A DNA stretch of 39,736 nucleotides from Chiloscyllium plagiosum (GCF_004010195.1 NC_057718.1:56368592-56408327); one strand, 5' to 3'; shown: positions 10,693 to 22,902, counted from the stretch's first letter. Notes: generated by a model from the sequence alone, not told the origin. Made by a program: numbers and translations.

Positions 10693-11065
10693 TTTTGCTG
10701 CTCGTCGGCTGCTGCCTGAATTGCTGTGCTCTTCCAGCACCACTGATCCAGAGTAATTTCTTTGAGCAGAGTACCTTTCCCTAAACATTACATCACAATA
10801 CAAAATGTGCAGGAAATGCTTTTTTAAAATCAGTGTTTTACAACTCATGATTACTAAATCTGAAAACAGAAAAAATAAAAACCATGTCATGTGTACAAGT
10901 ATTAGCATACAATGTCTGCAATGACAGGGCTTCCCAAATTGTGCGCAATATCCTCCACACAAAAATGGGTTTTGGATTGTGATTCAGAGGCACAAAGGAT
11001 CTTGAAATGATAGCAGAGGTGTCCCTGTAAATCAATTTTTGTCTATTGGTGGCCATGAAGACTCT

Positions 11066-11300
11066 TAGATTAGATTCCCTACAGTGCGGAATCAGGCCCT
11101 TCGGCCCAACAAGTCCACACCGACCCTCCGAAGAGTAACCCACCCAAACCCATTCCCCTACTAATGCACCTATCACTATGGGCAATTTAGCATAGCCAAT
11201 TCACTTGACCTGCACATCTTTGGACTGTGGGAGAAAACCGGAGCACCCAGAGGAAACCCACACAGACACGGGGAGAATGTGCAAATTCCATGCAGACAGT
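11066..11300 (-). mobile_element. HE1-type (V-SINE) SINE, 5' truncated
   Basis: Reverse complement of the core TTTGCACATTCTCCCC...GGTTTTCTCCCACAGTCCAAAGATGTGCAGG plus a CR1-like 3' tail. Confidence 0.88.
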
Positions 11301-12659
11301 CTTGTATCACTGCCACAAAATAAAGCCTTTGAAAAAGCACGTGCTAGTTTTTATTTCTTGTAAACTTTTTTTCCTGATCAACTTCCTCAACTTACTAGTG
11401 AATGGTTAATTGACAGAAACCCATATCCTGGATATTGAGATAGATGCAACAAATTTGCCATCTCTTCTTTCATTTCAGTGGCCGAAGCTCATGCAAATCG
11501 GGGCAAATTTGAGGTGTGCACAGGCAGTTTTTAAAAATTAAATATATACACATGCTTGTTAGATATTAAATGAGTCATAACGTTTTCACAGGATGGAAAA
11601 CTTCCACAACAATATCACACTAATGTTTTCTGTTGTATACTCTAAACCTATGGGGTGACGATCATAAAATCTGGTTGTGTGTGTAACCTGCAGTTATTTA
11701 TATTAAATGTCCTGTAGATATAGAAGTGGAATTTCAAGATTTTATGCAGCTAACAATTATAAAGTTATAAAGAGAATTAGAAATAGTAATGTAAGAGTCC
11801 AATTTACAATGTGACTTGTACTATATATATATTACTTTAAGCTTTTCATTGTTGAACATTTGAAACAACAATGACTCTGGAAGCTTCTATGTAAAGTCCC
11901 TGATCCCCCTCAAAAGCTCTCATAGCCTCCAAAGTCTTCACACAAAGTCTGAGTCATTAAAATAGGCTCACACCAGGAAAAAGTCTTAGAAGCTCTGCAC
12001 GATGATGTGAAGGGAGTAATAGCCCATTGTGCAAAGGATGTCACCTGGAAAGGAAACTGAAATGGTGGTCAATCTACATTGCATTTGTTATAATTATAAC
12101 CAACTGACTGAACAGTACATTTCTGAACCATTGATATGTGTACACTTTGAAAACATATCCAAGTTATGTTTATATTTTAGGTATTACACTTAAGCAGTTT
12201 GAGATATTTAAATTTTAAAGTCACATTGCTGCATTTAAAAGCATTTAAGGAATTATACTAAGTGATCTCATTAGTGCTGATGGCTTTAAAATTAACGCTG
12301 GTTTCTGAAGAACATCATTATGCCATTCTTCCAGCACCATTGTTCCAAATTAGCATTTCTACTTGGCACCATACTCTATCAAGTATTGAGTGAGATGCAG
12401 CTTCTAAAATTCATTAAAAATTTCAACCACTGTCAGAGCTAAATTGTATAATTGCTGCACTTATGAACCATAAATGGGTGTTTTGAAAAGCTTTAATAAA
12501 GTAACAACGCTTGCATCAATTTGATTCCAGACAGATGGATCTATTAGAGCATTTAATACAGAAATAGTCAACGAAGCCAATACTTTCAAATATAAATATA
12601 TTTTAATATCAATGAAAAGAAAATTAAAATGTGATTCTGTTTTTCCATACATTAAAGGT

Positions 12660-13845
12660 TCCAAACTGGCTTACACATTGAAGGCAAAGGGTGATGGTAG
12701 AACATTGTTTTTGTACTTGGAAGTCTGTGACCAGTGGTGTCCACAGGGATTGGTGTGGGATCCATATTGTTTGATTTGTACATTAACAATCTGGATGTGA
12801 ATTTAGGGGGTTTAATTAGTAAGTCTGCAAATGACACAAAAAGAGGGGGTGTTGCTGATAGTGAGGAGAATGGTCTCAGGCTACAGTGTGAAATTGATCA
12901 GCTGGTAAATTAGGTAGAACAATGGCAGATGAAATTTAACTAGGAGAAAGTGAGGACTGCAGATGCTGGGGAACAGAGCTTAAAAATGTGTTGCTGGAAA
13001 AGCGCAGCAGGTCAGGCAGCATCAAAGGAGAAGGAGAATCAACGTTTCAGGCATAAGTTTCCTGAAGAAGGGCTTATGCCCGAAACATCGATTCTCCTCT
13101 GATGCTGCCTGACCTGCTGCGCTTTTCCAGCAACACACTTTTAAGCTCAGATGAAATTTAATCCCAATAAATGTGAGGGGATGCATTTTGGAAAGTTTAA
13201 GAAGGGAAGGATATACAAAATATGATAGGTTTCTAGGAAGTACTGAGGAATAAAGGGACCTTGGTGTTAAAATCCATTAATCCCTGAAAGTACAGTTGAC
13301 ATGGTGGTGAAGAAGGCATATGGGATGTTTGCCTTCACAGCAAGCGTGAAGAATATAGGACCAAGAAAGCCTTGTTACAACTTTATAAAGCATTCCACAG
13401 ATGAAATACAGTGTGCAGTTCTGGATACCACACTATCAGAAGAACATTGAAGACAGTACTGAGGAGATTCACCAGGATATTGCCTGGGGTGAAAAGTCTT
13501 AGTTATAAGGAGAGACTGGATGGGCTGGATTTGCTTTTCATGAAGCAGAGGATGTTGAGGAGGAATTTGACTGACATTTCCAAAATTATAAGAGTAGACA
13601 GTGAGAATCTAACCACAGATGGGCTTAAGTTTATGATGAGGAGTAAGTGGCTTCGAGGAAATTTGAGAAAAAAAACTTTCCACCCAGAGAGAGGTAGAGG
13701 TATGAAACATGCTGCCTGAGAGGGTGGAGGAGGCAGGTATTGTTACAAAATCTAAGAAGAATCTGGATGCATATTGAAAATGCCAGCAGCATAGTGGACT
13801 ATGGACCAAGTGCAGGTAAATGGGATTAGTGTAGTTTGATGTTTG
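12660..13845 (+). mobile_element. Degraded CR1 LINE 3' half, interrupted by a PLE fold-back element
   Basis: PQG-region, SKSANDTK (FADD-like) and RRFTRILPG..LSYKERL motifs; CR1-type 3' UTR. Confidence 0.88.
12940..13147 (-). mobile_element. PLE-derived fold-back element, family A
   Basis: 14-bp TSD CAGATGAAATTTAA (12926-12939, 13148-13161); 36-nt tail; inverted arms; + strand core CTGAAGA(13062)-AGGGCTTATGCCC-GAAA-CATC. Confidence 0.9.
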
Positions 13846-13859
13846 TTGGATGGTATACT

Positions 13860-13943
13860 GTGACGCTGGAAAGCACAGCAGGTCAGGCAACATCCGAGGA
13901 GCAGGAGAGTCGACATTTCGGGCATAAGCCCTTCATCGGGAAT
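13860..13943 (-). mobile_element. PLE family A single-arm fragment
   Basis: GCTGGAAAGCACAGCAGGTCAGGCA...TTTCGGGCATAAGCCCTTCATCGGG; hammerhead core mutated to CCGATGA. Confidence 0.82.
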
Positions 13944-14690
13944 GAGTCAAAGAGTTATAGATTGTCCTGTACGGAAAAAAACTCTTTGGTCCATCTACCA
14001 ATATCCTTTATTAATTTAGTGTCAGTTGCCAGCATTTTGTCCCTAATTCTTTTAACCCTTTCCTATTCATGTACTCAGCAAGATGCCTTTTAAATGTTGT
14101 AATTGTACTAGTCTCTACCACTTCCTCTGGCAGTTCTTTCCATACCCGTACCACCCTCTGTGTGAAAACGTTGCCGCTGAGGTCATAGAGAGGTACAGCA
14201 CGGAAACAGACCCTTCGGTCCAACTCGCCCATGCCGACCAGATTTCCCAACCCAATCTAGTCGCACCTGCCACCACCCAGCCCTTATCCCTCCAAACCCT
14301 TCCTGTTCACATACCCATCCAGGTGTCTTTTAAATGTTGCAATTGTACTAGCCTCCACCATTTCCTCTGGCAGCTCTTTCCATACACTACCATCCTCTGC
14401 GTGAAAAAGTTGCCCCTTAGGTCTCTTTTATATCTTCCCCATCTCACCTGAAACCAATGTCCTCTAGTTCTGGACTCCCCCACCTCAAGGAAGAGACTTT
14501 GTCTATTTATCCTATCCATGCCCCTCATGATTTTATAAACCTCTATAAGGTCACCCCTCAGCCTCCGACGCTCCAGCGAAAGCAGGCCCAGCCTATTCAA
14601 CCTCTCCCTGTAGCTCAAATGCTCCAACCTTGGCAACATCCTTGTAAATCTTTTCTGAACCCTTTCAAGTTTCACAACATCCTTCCCCAT
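13944..14690 (-). mobile_element. Two stacked CR1 3' ends (about 13944-14175 and 14181-14690)
   Basis: ORF 14307-14708 reads KDVVKLERVQKRFTRMLP...RRRLRGDLIEVYKIM; FTQRVVRVWKELPEEVV; same family as 9494-10440. Confidence 0.92.
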
Positions 14691-16283
14691 GAATATTTTC
14701 AGCTCCAAGAAAGTTTCTATTCAAAGTAACTTGGAAGTTCACATGAAAACACTTTGGTTAGAGTGACTGGCTCCCTCGAAAAGATGCGTGATGTACCTCC
14801 TAGGAGAAACTTTTCTCCCTTCTGAACAATAACCTTGAATCTTCTTTTCTGAAGTCAAAACTAAACTGTGGTTTTTCAGCCTTTTGTCAGCAATATAAAC
14901 ACTCAATCCATTAATGCCAGAAGGATTCTCCAAGGAATCTGACTGCAGTCACATGTCTTCTTGGAATTGATGCATTTTGGACACTGTTCAATTGACTTTT
15001 TAAATTGTTTAAAGAAATGACCTTCGCAGATCTGACCCACATCCTTCTGCCTCTGTTTTGAAATCCAGAACTCAAATTATTGATGTATAAAATATATCTT
15101 TTTGGAGCTTGGGTGGGGTAAAAGAAAACAAAGATACTGCAGTCACCATTGCTGTTTCCATTTCATTCTTTGCTAGTCCATTGGGTTACTTGGATTTACT
15201 GCCTCTATCAAAAAATGCTTTCCTGTTTTAAGTACAATTTAGCTGACTACTTGTATGCAAGATAAGTACTTTCATAAACAGAAAACATATGCAAACATGG
15301 GGCTTTCTTACCCTGTCACTCTCAAAGTACATCACATTGACCATTTTGTATTTTATAGTGTCATCTGCTGGTCTTTTTCCCAATGCTGTAAATTGCAGAT
15401 CTAAAAATAATTAATGAAGTTAGCCAAATCTATAAAAATAGATGCTAAAATGACTGAATTTTGAGCAAAGTAACCATTGTGGAGTTACATTTGACTATGG
15501 CTGATTACCAGGTAGGTTATCGAAAGACTAAAGTAATTGAGAAATAATTCAAGCTCTATTATCTTCATCTGATTTGATACACATTCCTCAATTTACATGA
15601 TCACAGTAGTTTTCAGGAATGCCCAAATGGCAAGCAGGCGTTAGAGGGTTACACTTGTAATTGATTGCAAGGATCTGCAACAGGATACAGTTGGATTTGC
15701 ATTCTGTAACAAAGCATTCATGCACTTTTTCATGTATAAATTATGTTACCAGACTATATTGATACATTATTTTATCAGTGTTGGCTCTTAATAATTTTTA
15801 CATAATTAACCTCTCCAATAGAAAACCACAAGGAACCTCTCCCCTTTTACAAGTTTCCCTTCTCACCTTAAACCTACGCCCTCTGCTTTTGGACTTATTA
15901 CAGTCTCAGTATTCCAACGCAGAAGTGTGATTATGTCTCTATCATTTTCAATTCTTTGGCAATAATCTTAATAAATTATTATACCCATATCAATGCTAAA
16001 TAGTCCCAGAATGAAATCCTATTGTGCCTTCCATCACCATAACGTGCTCAAGCACCCTACAGTTACTTCAACTTGTATCTAATTTTCAGACCAACTCAAA
16101 GACACAAAGTGGAGAAAACAATTTTGCAATTATAAGGTTCTTTCCATTTGATATTTAAAATTAGATTCAGTATCTAAATCTACTGGAAGTATATGAATTT
16201 TTTTTAACAAGCTTAGTTGAATCTTTGTTTGCTATAACCATTTTTAAATTCCAAGGAAGACCTGTAACTGCAAGTACTACTCC

Positions 16284-16289
16284 TTTATT
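16284..16289 (-). terminator. MTIF2: Candidate MTIF2 polyadenylation signal (AATAAA); alternative ATTAAA at 16845-16850
   Basis: Hexamer on the minus strand downstream of the stop codon; no transcript evidence. Confidence 0.3.
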
Positions 16290-16888
16290 TTGCATACTGC
16301 TAGTTATAAATGGAGATTCAATTGCAGTTGAGTCTTGTGAAAATCTTGTTCTTCAATACCATTGGGATTCTGAGCCAAATACTTTATGTTGAATACTGCC
16401 AATGGCCAACAACATTCCTTCAATGGAAAAGCACAAAGGAGACAATTACATCATGTACATTACCAGATATATCATTGGTATCTAGATTCATATTTAGCCT
16501 CTTTTTGTTATGTTTCATTGCTAATTAATGTTTAACCTGGCACCAGGGAGCAAAAATGCACACAACATTATATGAAGAACATTTCAAATTGTGGCTTTAA
16601 AACTCTCCAGGCCGTAGCAAGACTTTGCAATATTCATACCAGACAGTAACTTCAAGGATCTTGTTACATTCAAAATGGTGTCTGCGTGGATCCACTGAAT
16701 TAACCTTCACCATCCTTCAAAGTAGTTCCCAATGAAAAACTTAGACACATTTCATGTTGGCCAGTTTTCTAAACAAAAAGCTGAATACATCATTATCAAA
16801 TCTTCCATTTGGTCATTTCACTGGTCTTTATATTAACAGTGCAATTTAATTCAATTTAAAAATTCTTAGGCTCTTGTAGTAATCAAGT

Positions 16889-17058
16889 TTAAAATCCTGG
16901 ATCCCAAGATATTTTTTGCTGAATTTGTTTTTCTTCATAACAAATAATTTCATCACCAAGCTTAAAATTAAGGTCTTTATCCAAGCTGAGGCCACATTCC
17001 ATCCCTGTCTTCACAACTGGGACATCGTCCTTCAGATGTTTGAGAGAGGTGAGAAAAC
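16889..17058 (-). CDS. MTIF2: Mitochondrial translation initiation factor IF-2, last coding exon
   Basis: After ttcAG: (G)[55 protein letters not shown] then TAA; IF2 C-terminal domain. Confidence 0.96.
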
Positions 17059-17220
17059 CTGAATGAAAGGCAACATTTTTTCATTACTATAAATTTGGTT
17101 TTATTCTGTTAATAACAAATACTTAGCAAAACATTTAAAAACATATGCAACTAACTTGTCAGCTCTTTGAGCCTGCTCTGCCATTCAGTATGATCATGGC
17201 TGATCATCATGCTCAGTAAT

Positions 17221-17450
17221 ATAAAACAAAGAACGTGGATGCTAGAAATCTGAAGCAAAAACAGAAATTGTTGGAGAAACTCAACAAGTCTGGTAGTGTC
17301 TGGAGAGAAAGCAGAGTCAATATTTTGAGTTGTGACCTTTCTTCTGAAATGTTCTGAAAAGGGTCACTGGACTTGAAACATTAACTCTGCTTTTTTTTCT
17401 ACAGTGCTGTAAGACCTGCTGAGTTTCTCCGGTATTTTCTATTTTGTTTC
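17221..17450 (-). mobile_element. Older PLE-derived fold-back element related to family A
   Basis: Imperfect inverted arms (GGAGAAACTCAACAAGTCT / AGACCTGCTGAGTTTCTCC), tail of about 31 nt, degenerate core CTGAAAAGGGTCACTGGACTTGAAACATT. Confidence 0.72.
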
Positions 17451-18386
17451 AACCTACTCATATCTTGTTTCAGCCTTACCCCATACACCTTGATCCCTTT
17501 AGCCCTGAGAACAATATCTATCTCCTTCTTACAAACATTTAATATTTTGGTCTCAACTGCTTTCTGTGGCAGAGGACTCCACAAGGCTTACCACACCCTG
17601 GGTAAAGAAGTTTCTCTTCACCAGAGTCCTAAATGGCTTACCTCATATCCTTAGACCATGATCCCTGGTTCTGGACTCTCCAGTCATCAGGAACATCCTT
17701 CTTGCATTTACCCTGCCTAAACCCTGTTAGAATTTTATATGAGATCGCCCCACCCTCTTCATATGTTAGTCCTGCTATTCCAGGAATCAGACTGGTAAAC
17801 TTTTGATGTACCCTTTCCGTAGCTAGACTATTCTTCCTCAGGTGAGGAGACTAAAACTGAACACAATACTCCAGATGTGCTCTCACCAAGGCTTTATTAC
17901 AATTGTAATAAGACATCCCTGCATTCTCTTGCTATGAAGACCAACATTACATTTCTCTTCTTCACCACCTGCTACAACCTATATGCTTACCCTAAGCAAC
18001 AGGTGTACAAGGACATCCAGGTCACATTGCAACTTCCCCTTTTCTAATCTATCATCATTCAGATACTTTTTTTCTACCAAAGTGGGTATCCTCACATTTA
18101 TCCACATTTTCCTTCATCTGCCTTATATTTTCCCACTCACAGCTTGTCGAAATCACATTAAAGCTTCTCTGCATTCTCCTCACCATTCACCCTCCCACGC
18201 AGCTTTGTATCACCTGCAAACTTAAAGCTATTACATTTAATTCCCTCATCTAAATCATTAAACATACTGCGACTAGCTGGGATCTAAGCATTGATCCCTG
18301 TGGTTTGCTACTCGTCACTAACTGCCACTCAGAAAATTACCTGTTTATTCCGACTCTTTGTTCTGTCTGCTGGCCAGTTCTCTATC

Positions 18387-18516
18387 ATTCCTGATGAGGA
18401 GCTTATGCTTGAAACATTGACTTTCTTGCTCTCAGATGCTGCCTGATCGGCTGTGCTTTTCCAGCACCACACATTTTGACTCTGATCTCCAGCATCTGCA
18501 GTCCTCACTTTCTCCT
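18387..18516 (+). mobile_element. PLE family A single-arm element with hammerhead core
   Basis: 11-bp TSD AGTTCTCTATC (18376-18386, 18517-18527); CTGATGA(18391)-GGAGCTTATGCTT-GAAA-CATT. Confidence 0.88.
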
Positions 18517-19069
18517 AGTTCTCTATCCTTGGTAGTGCACAACGCCAAACTCATACTCTTTAATTTTACATGCGAAACCTTATCAAAAGCTTGGCGCCAT
18601 CTTCTTCATAGCTTCCACTGCAGTACCTCTATGGCCACACATCATTCCTGGTCAACAAAGCAGTCAAACCTGCCCTATCCCTACCACCAGACTTTGTGAA
18701 AAGAGAGTTTCTTCTGATAATTTTTTTAAAAATTTCACTATTTGTTTAAATAAAAATTTACATTTTATAGATCATTCTCGAGTTGTAGTAAGTTACTGAA
18801 TGATGTTCACAATGCTTTGCCTCCTGTTGGAATTATTGCAGGCGGATTGGGAGTAATTTGTTAAATAAGGGAATTTCATAGAAGGTATATAAATACAATT
18901 GCACAACAACTTGATAAAGTCCCTTAAGAGACTCATAATAGGCAAAATATACATTAACCTGGTTTTCAAAGAAAGAAAATTGTTGCTTCTGAAAGAGCAT
19001 GGTTGAGTCTATAGTACAGGAGCACTTTTGTAGGTTATATACACAGAACTGCACAAGAGGTAAACTTGC

Positions 19070-19210
19070 CCTTCCACAAAATATTTCCATCACGGATGAG
19101 CTTAAACTTCATCTTTCTGTGCAACTGACCCTTCTGGACTCTGCACCCTGCTACAGGAACCTTTGTTTTACCTATTGTTACATGGAAGAGTGCCAACACT
19201 GATGCTTCTC
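19070..19210 (-). CDS. MTIF2: MTIF2 coding exon (141 nt), followed by a GC splice donor
   Basis: (G)[46 protein letters not shown]; donor AAGG/GCAAGT keeps frame with the last exon. Confidence 0.93.
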
Positions 19211-19398
19211 CTGGAAGTAAAACAAAATTGAATTAAAGAATCGTGAAAACTGCTCTTGTAAAATACATATCTAAACATTTAAGAACTGGGCATACATCAG
19301 TTCATATTTACAACACATAGACAAAGAAGTGAGTTTAAAAGGCTGCATCTCACAAAGAACGTGATTTCAACTTATAAGTAGCAAAACACAAAACATAC

Positions 19399-19563
19399 CT
19401 ATTATACTTTCTTCAAGATCTGGTGGCAACTTATCACTCAGTTCATCCTTGAGGTCATCAATGAGTTTATAGATAACCTTATGCAATTTGATTTTTATTC
19501 CTTTCTTGGTAGCCATCTGTTGTACTTCTTTGCTTGCATTTACATTAAAACCAAACACAAGAC
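19399..19563 (-). CDS. MTIF2: MTIF2 coding exon (165 nt)
   Basis: (G)LVFGFNVNASKEVQQMATKKGIKIKLHKVIYKLIDDLKDELSDKLPPDLEESII; AG/GT bounded. Confidence 0.96.
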
Positions 19564-21272
19564 CTAAAAATTCAAGAAGAATGCAGTTTCTCTTCAAGGC
19601 ATATTCCATGTACTGCTTGTAATTGCAGTCATACATATCATTACTCCTTATCCTACACCAGAATCTTATCTCAACTGTATTCACAATATAAATTCAGGAA
19701 AACATTCACTGTAGGAGAGAGATGAAAAAGAACTTTGGGAAGGATAAATTCACCCTCTGCCAGGAAATGAACATTTCTACTGGTTTTTCACCCAATGTAG
19801 ATACATGATTAAACTATATTCATATTGCCTCAGTATTGCTTTCTAATTCCAAATAAGTTCATAAATGTCTGACAATATTTCCCGCAATAAGTTCCTCATA
19901 GGTTTTCAGTTATCAACATGTATTAAACTTCATGGGGATTCTATCAATCCACCATGGATTTAGAAGGAATAGGTAGTGTCAAACAAAACTAATGTAATTC
20001 ATACAATTCGTTTATGAAAACAGCAGAACCAAAATTGGTTGAACAATAACAATAGAAATATTGTGGAGCGTCAGTGCTTCAAATCCCTCTTCACTATGAA
20101 TAATATGATGGCAGCTGTTGGCAATATAAAATTTGCTGATGACATTAAACGTTACAGTTGAGTGATAGGCACAAGATAAATGGTAACTTTCAAAAGAATT
20201 TGAGACATTTTAATGGTCAGATTTGGAAAATACGTATGAATTTTAATGTCAATAGGCATTAAATACACATACTGAGATTGATAAGGTAATGGAAACTTGG
20301 GCTGGTTTCTTATGTATTCTTGAAACATTTCATGACGTTAATCTGATGTTATGTTCTGCATTTAATCGAACCTAGTATTGATTCCGCTAAGTATCTCTGG
20401 AATTATTAACTTCCATAGATAATGTAAAAAGCTTAACAACAGGAATCATCTCAGCATGGGACAAGCATTACTACAAGGTTGAAAACTGAATCAAGAGTTT
20501 GTTGGTGCTAGGGAGTGAAACGAAACGTCAGCTAGTTCAAGTTAAATTTAGCATTTTAATTCCCTCAGCCTAGCTTTCAATTGCAGCCTGAACTTCACAA
20601 AACATCTTTCATTTCACTATCTTACTGAATATGGCTTGCTGAATGTGAATTGTCCTTTGAATATCAACTTTTTCCAAGACTTGTTTCAAATTTTCTCTTG
20701 TTTAAAATTGTACTACTTGTCTATTATTTGCCTAACCTTAACAGCAATATTCTGGGCTCATTTTATTTGTCATTTGACATCTTATTATCTCAGTAAAAGT
20801 TAACATATTTCCTTAATATTGTAAGGCCTAAAAACCTAAGATCATTTAGTCTTTCATAATGGCTTCAATTTTCACTTCACCACTCTAGATTAAAATTTAA
20901 ATCAGGATCCAAAAATAAATGTGATAGAGCAATAACCATGGAAGCTCTCCATTCTCTTGTCTGGCCAACTACAGTCAGGACATTATTTCAAGAATCCTGT
21001 TGGCAATCTGACTTTAAAAGAGTTACATTTCTGTAAGTGTTCTGGAACTTAGATTCAACTCAGCCAGGTTTAATTTGTCTTATGCTTTCCCAATGTATGC
21101 ACAGGTGCAGGGTGTGAAATCAGAGGATTACCAATTTATTTTCCCTTCATATCCTTTGGGTTGTAAGGCAAGGACTGGGAAGCAAATCTCCAGCACAAAT
21201 GCTAAGGCATGTTGTAAGTACAGGAGAGAAACAGCAAAAAAAACGTAATTAAAAGCAGAATTTAACCCTTAC

Positions 21273-21413
21273 CTGAAAAAATCTCTGCTGAAACAATATC
21301 ATTTTCACTGATATCTCCAACACCAAAGTGAATCACTTTGAGTTTACACTGTTCATCAGCATCATAACTATCAAGGATGTTTAGAATGGCCTCTACAGAA
21401 CCATCAACATCAC
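21273..21413 (-). CDS. MTIF2: MTIF2 coding exon (141 nt)
   Basis: (G)[50 protein letters not shown] bounded. Confidence 0.96.
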
Positions 21414-22196
21414 CTACAGGGAGATAAAATAGACTTTTCAAATATTCAATCACCATCTCGGTTTAGGTTTCTGAACTGGTACCTATAACCAAGACAGAAC
21501 AACATACCAACACTGGATAAAGAGATAAAGCAACAAGGAAATAAATATATTCATCACCAAAACAAGAATGCAAGCAATAAATCCAACTGGCAACAGCTTC
21601 ATTCAAAATCAGATGGATTGAGAATGTCTGACAGCAACCTAATAACCCAGCAGAAAACCAAACTGTCCATCTCTTAAGCCTATGAAGAAAGGTAACAACA
21701 ATATACAGTATGTAGAATCAAGAATCTAATATGGTTGTACTGCACCAATAAAGCACATCATTATCTTCAAGTTCATTCAATGAGAGTTAGGTTATATACA
21801 TGAAGAAAGCTGCACAAGTGCAATCTTCATCTAGCTAGGAACATGGTATGGCTGCAATAACTGGATTTGGTTTTGGAGAAAAAAAATTGAAGTCTTTAAA
21901 GCTCCAAATTTTAGAAGAATACAAAGATGCTGGACAAGTACATAAATAGAAACCAGGCTGCTCTTGAATAGAATAATCACATTCACAATCAAGCATTATC
22001 CTCACATAACAGACACTAAGGCAAAGTGTTAGAGGGCTTTCATACTTTAATGAGAAAACCTTATTGCAGTCCCACTGCACTGAAAATTGATGCATAGGAT
22101 GGTACAATCACAGGTCCACGAGTAGCAGGGTGAAGGTGTGGTATTAGTGGTGGAAGGGGACATGACTCAGGACAACACATGCACATATACATTTAC

Positions 22197-22449
22197 CTTT
22201 TATTATTATTGGAAGTGAAAGCTCATCAGTCTCAGTCCTTTCTTTAGGCCTTGTTGCCATTAGATGTTTATTGGCCTTGTACATAGCCGATTTTCTCCGT
22301 CTCCAGCTCATGCTAGTAAAGCTCTCCCGTTCCTTCTTGTACATTTCCTGGTGTTCCTTCTGTTTTGCTTCAATCACCTCAAGGTCTTGTTTAAGTTTTT
22401 CTTGTGTCTCAACATACTTCCTCCAATCTAACACCTCTCTGGCCCTTTG
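22197..22449 (-). CDS. MTIF2: MTIF2 coding exon (253 nt), includes the vertebrate IF1-substituting insert
   Basis: QRAREVLDWRKYVETQEK...SMSWRRRKSAMYK...LPIIIK; AG/GT bounded; phases consistent. Confidence 0.95.
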
Positions 22450-22902
22450 CTAAACAACCAAAAATGCCACTTAGAAAACTGAAGAATTCATGTTTTCGAG
22501 CAAATCACTGCCAATGAGACATGCATAGGATAACAATAAACCTATTCTGAGGAGTCTTAATTGATCATGAGAACAAACATATTACAAGAACTAAGATGTA
22601 TTCTTCTCAAAAATTTTGTCTTTCCAGATAGTCTAAATAGCAGTAGATGCTCCCAAGGAATCACAAGAAATATGTTCAATTACCAGATTAATCTCAGAGT
22701 TCTAACCTATTACACTTAAACAGTTTGTAATATAAATTTCATAGTAGCAATTTCTTGTGTAAAGCCTCATAAAATATGTACATCATTCACTTTGAACCAA
22801 AACGGCAAGAGTCTTGATATTTTGCTGTCATCACTGATAATAGATTATAAAGAGTTGTAATACTAACAATCATTTATAGAATACAACATTTGGCTTCCAT
22901 AC

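Larger units (their letters stand above)
9322..10751 (-). mobile_element. PLE-bounded composite element: 129-bp inverted repeats enclosing a CR1 fragment and about 180 bp of other DNA
   Basis: Inverted repeats at 9357-9485 and 10624-10752 with one mismatch seen; 35-nt tail 9322-9356; 15-bp TSD at 9307-9321 and 10752-10766. Confidence 0.85.
17165..18590 (-). mobile_element. Degraded CR1-clade LINE RT/3' fragment in the last MTIF2 intron, with two nested PLE elements
   Basis: WSPLPQKAVE..LNVCKKEID, KFAGDTK and PQG-type motifs on the minus strand. Confidence 0.82.

Noticed and set aside
8930..10766. CRISPR-like array (three identical 15-mers)
   Set aside because: Eukaryotic locus; the intervening segments are 362 and about 1430 bp of retroelement sequence and there are no cas genes. 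Better explained as TSDs.
12355..12403. Ankyrin-like peptide KLHLTQYLIEYGAK on the minus strand
   Set aside because: Immediately followed by stop codons; too short to be meaningful.
12940..13147. MITE or pre-miRNA interpretation of the palindromic elements
   Set aside because: Asymmetric tail, variable long TSDs, single-arm copies and the GIY-YIG link favour a PLE origin; there is no evidence for miRNA processing.
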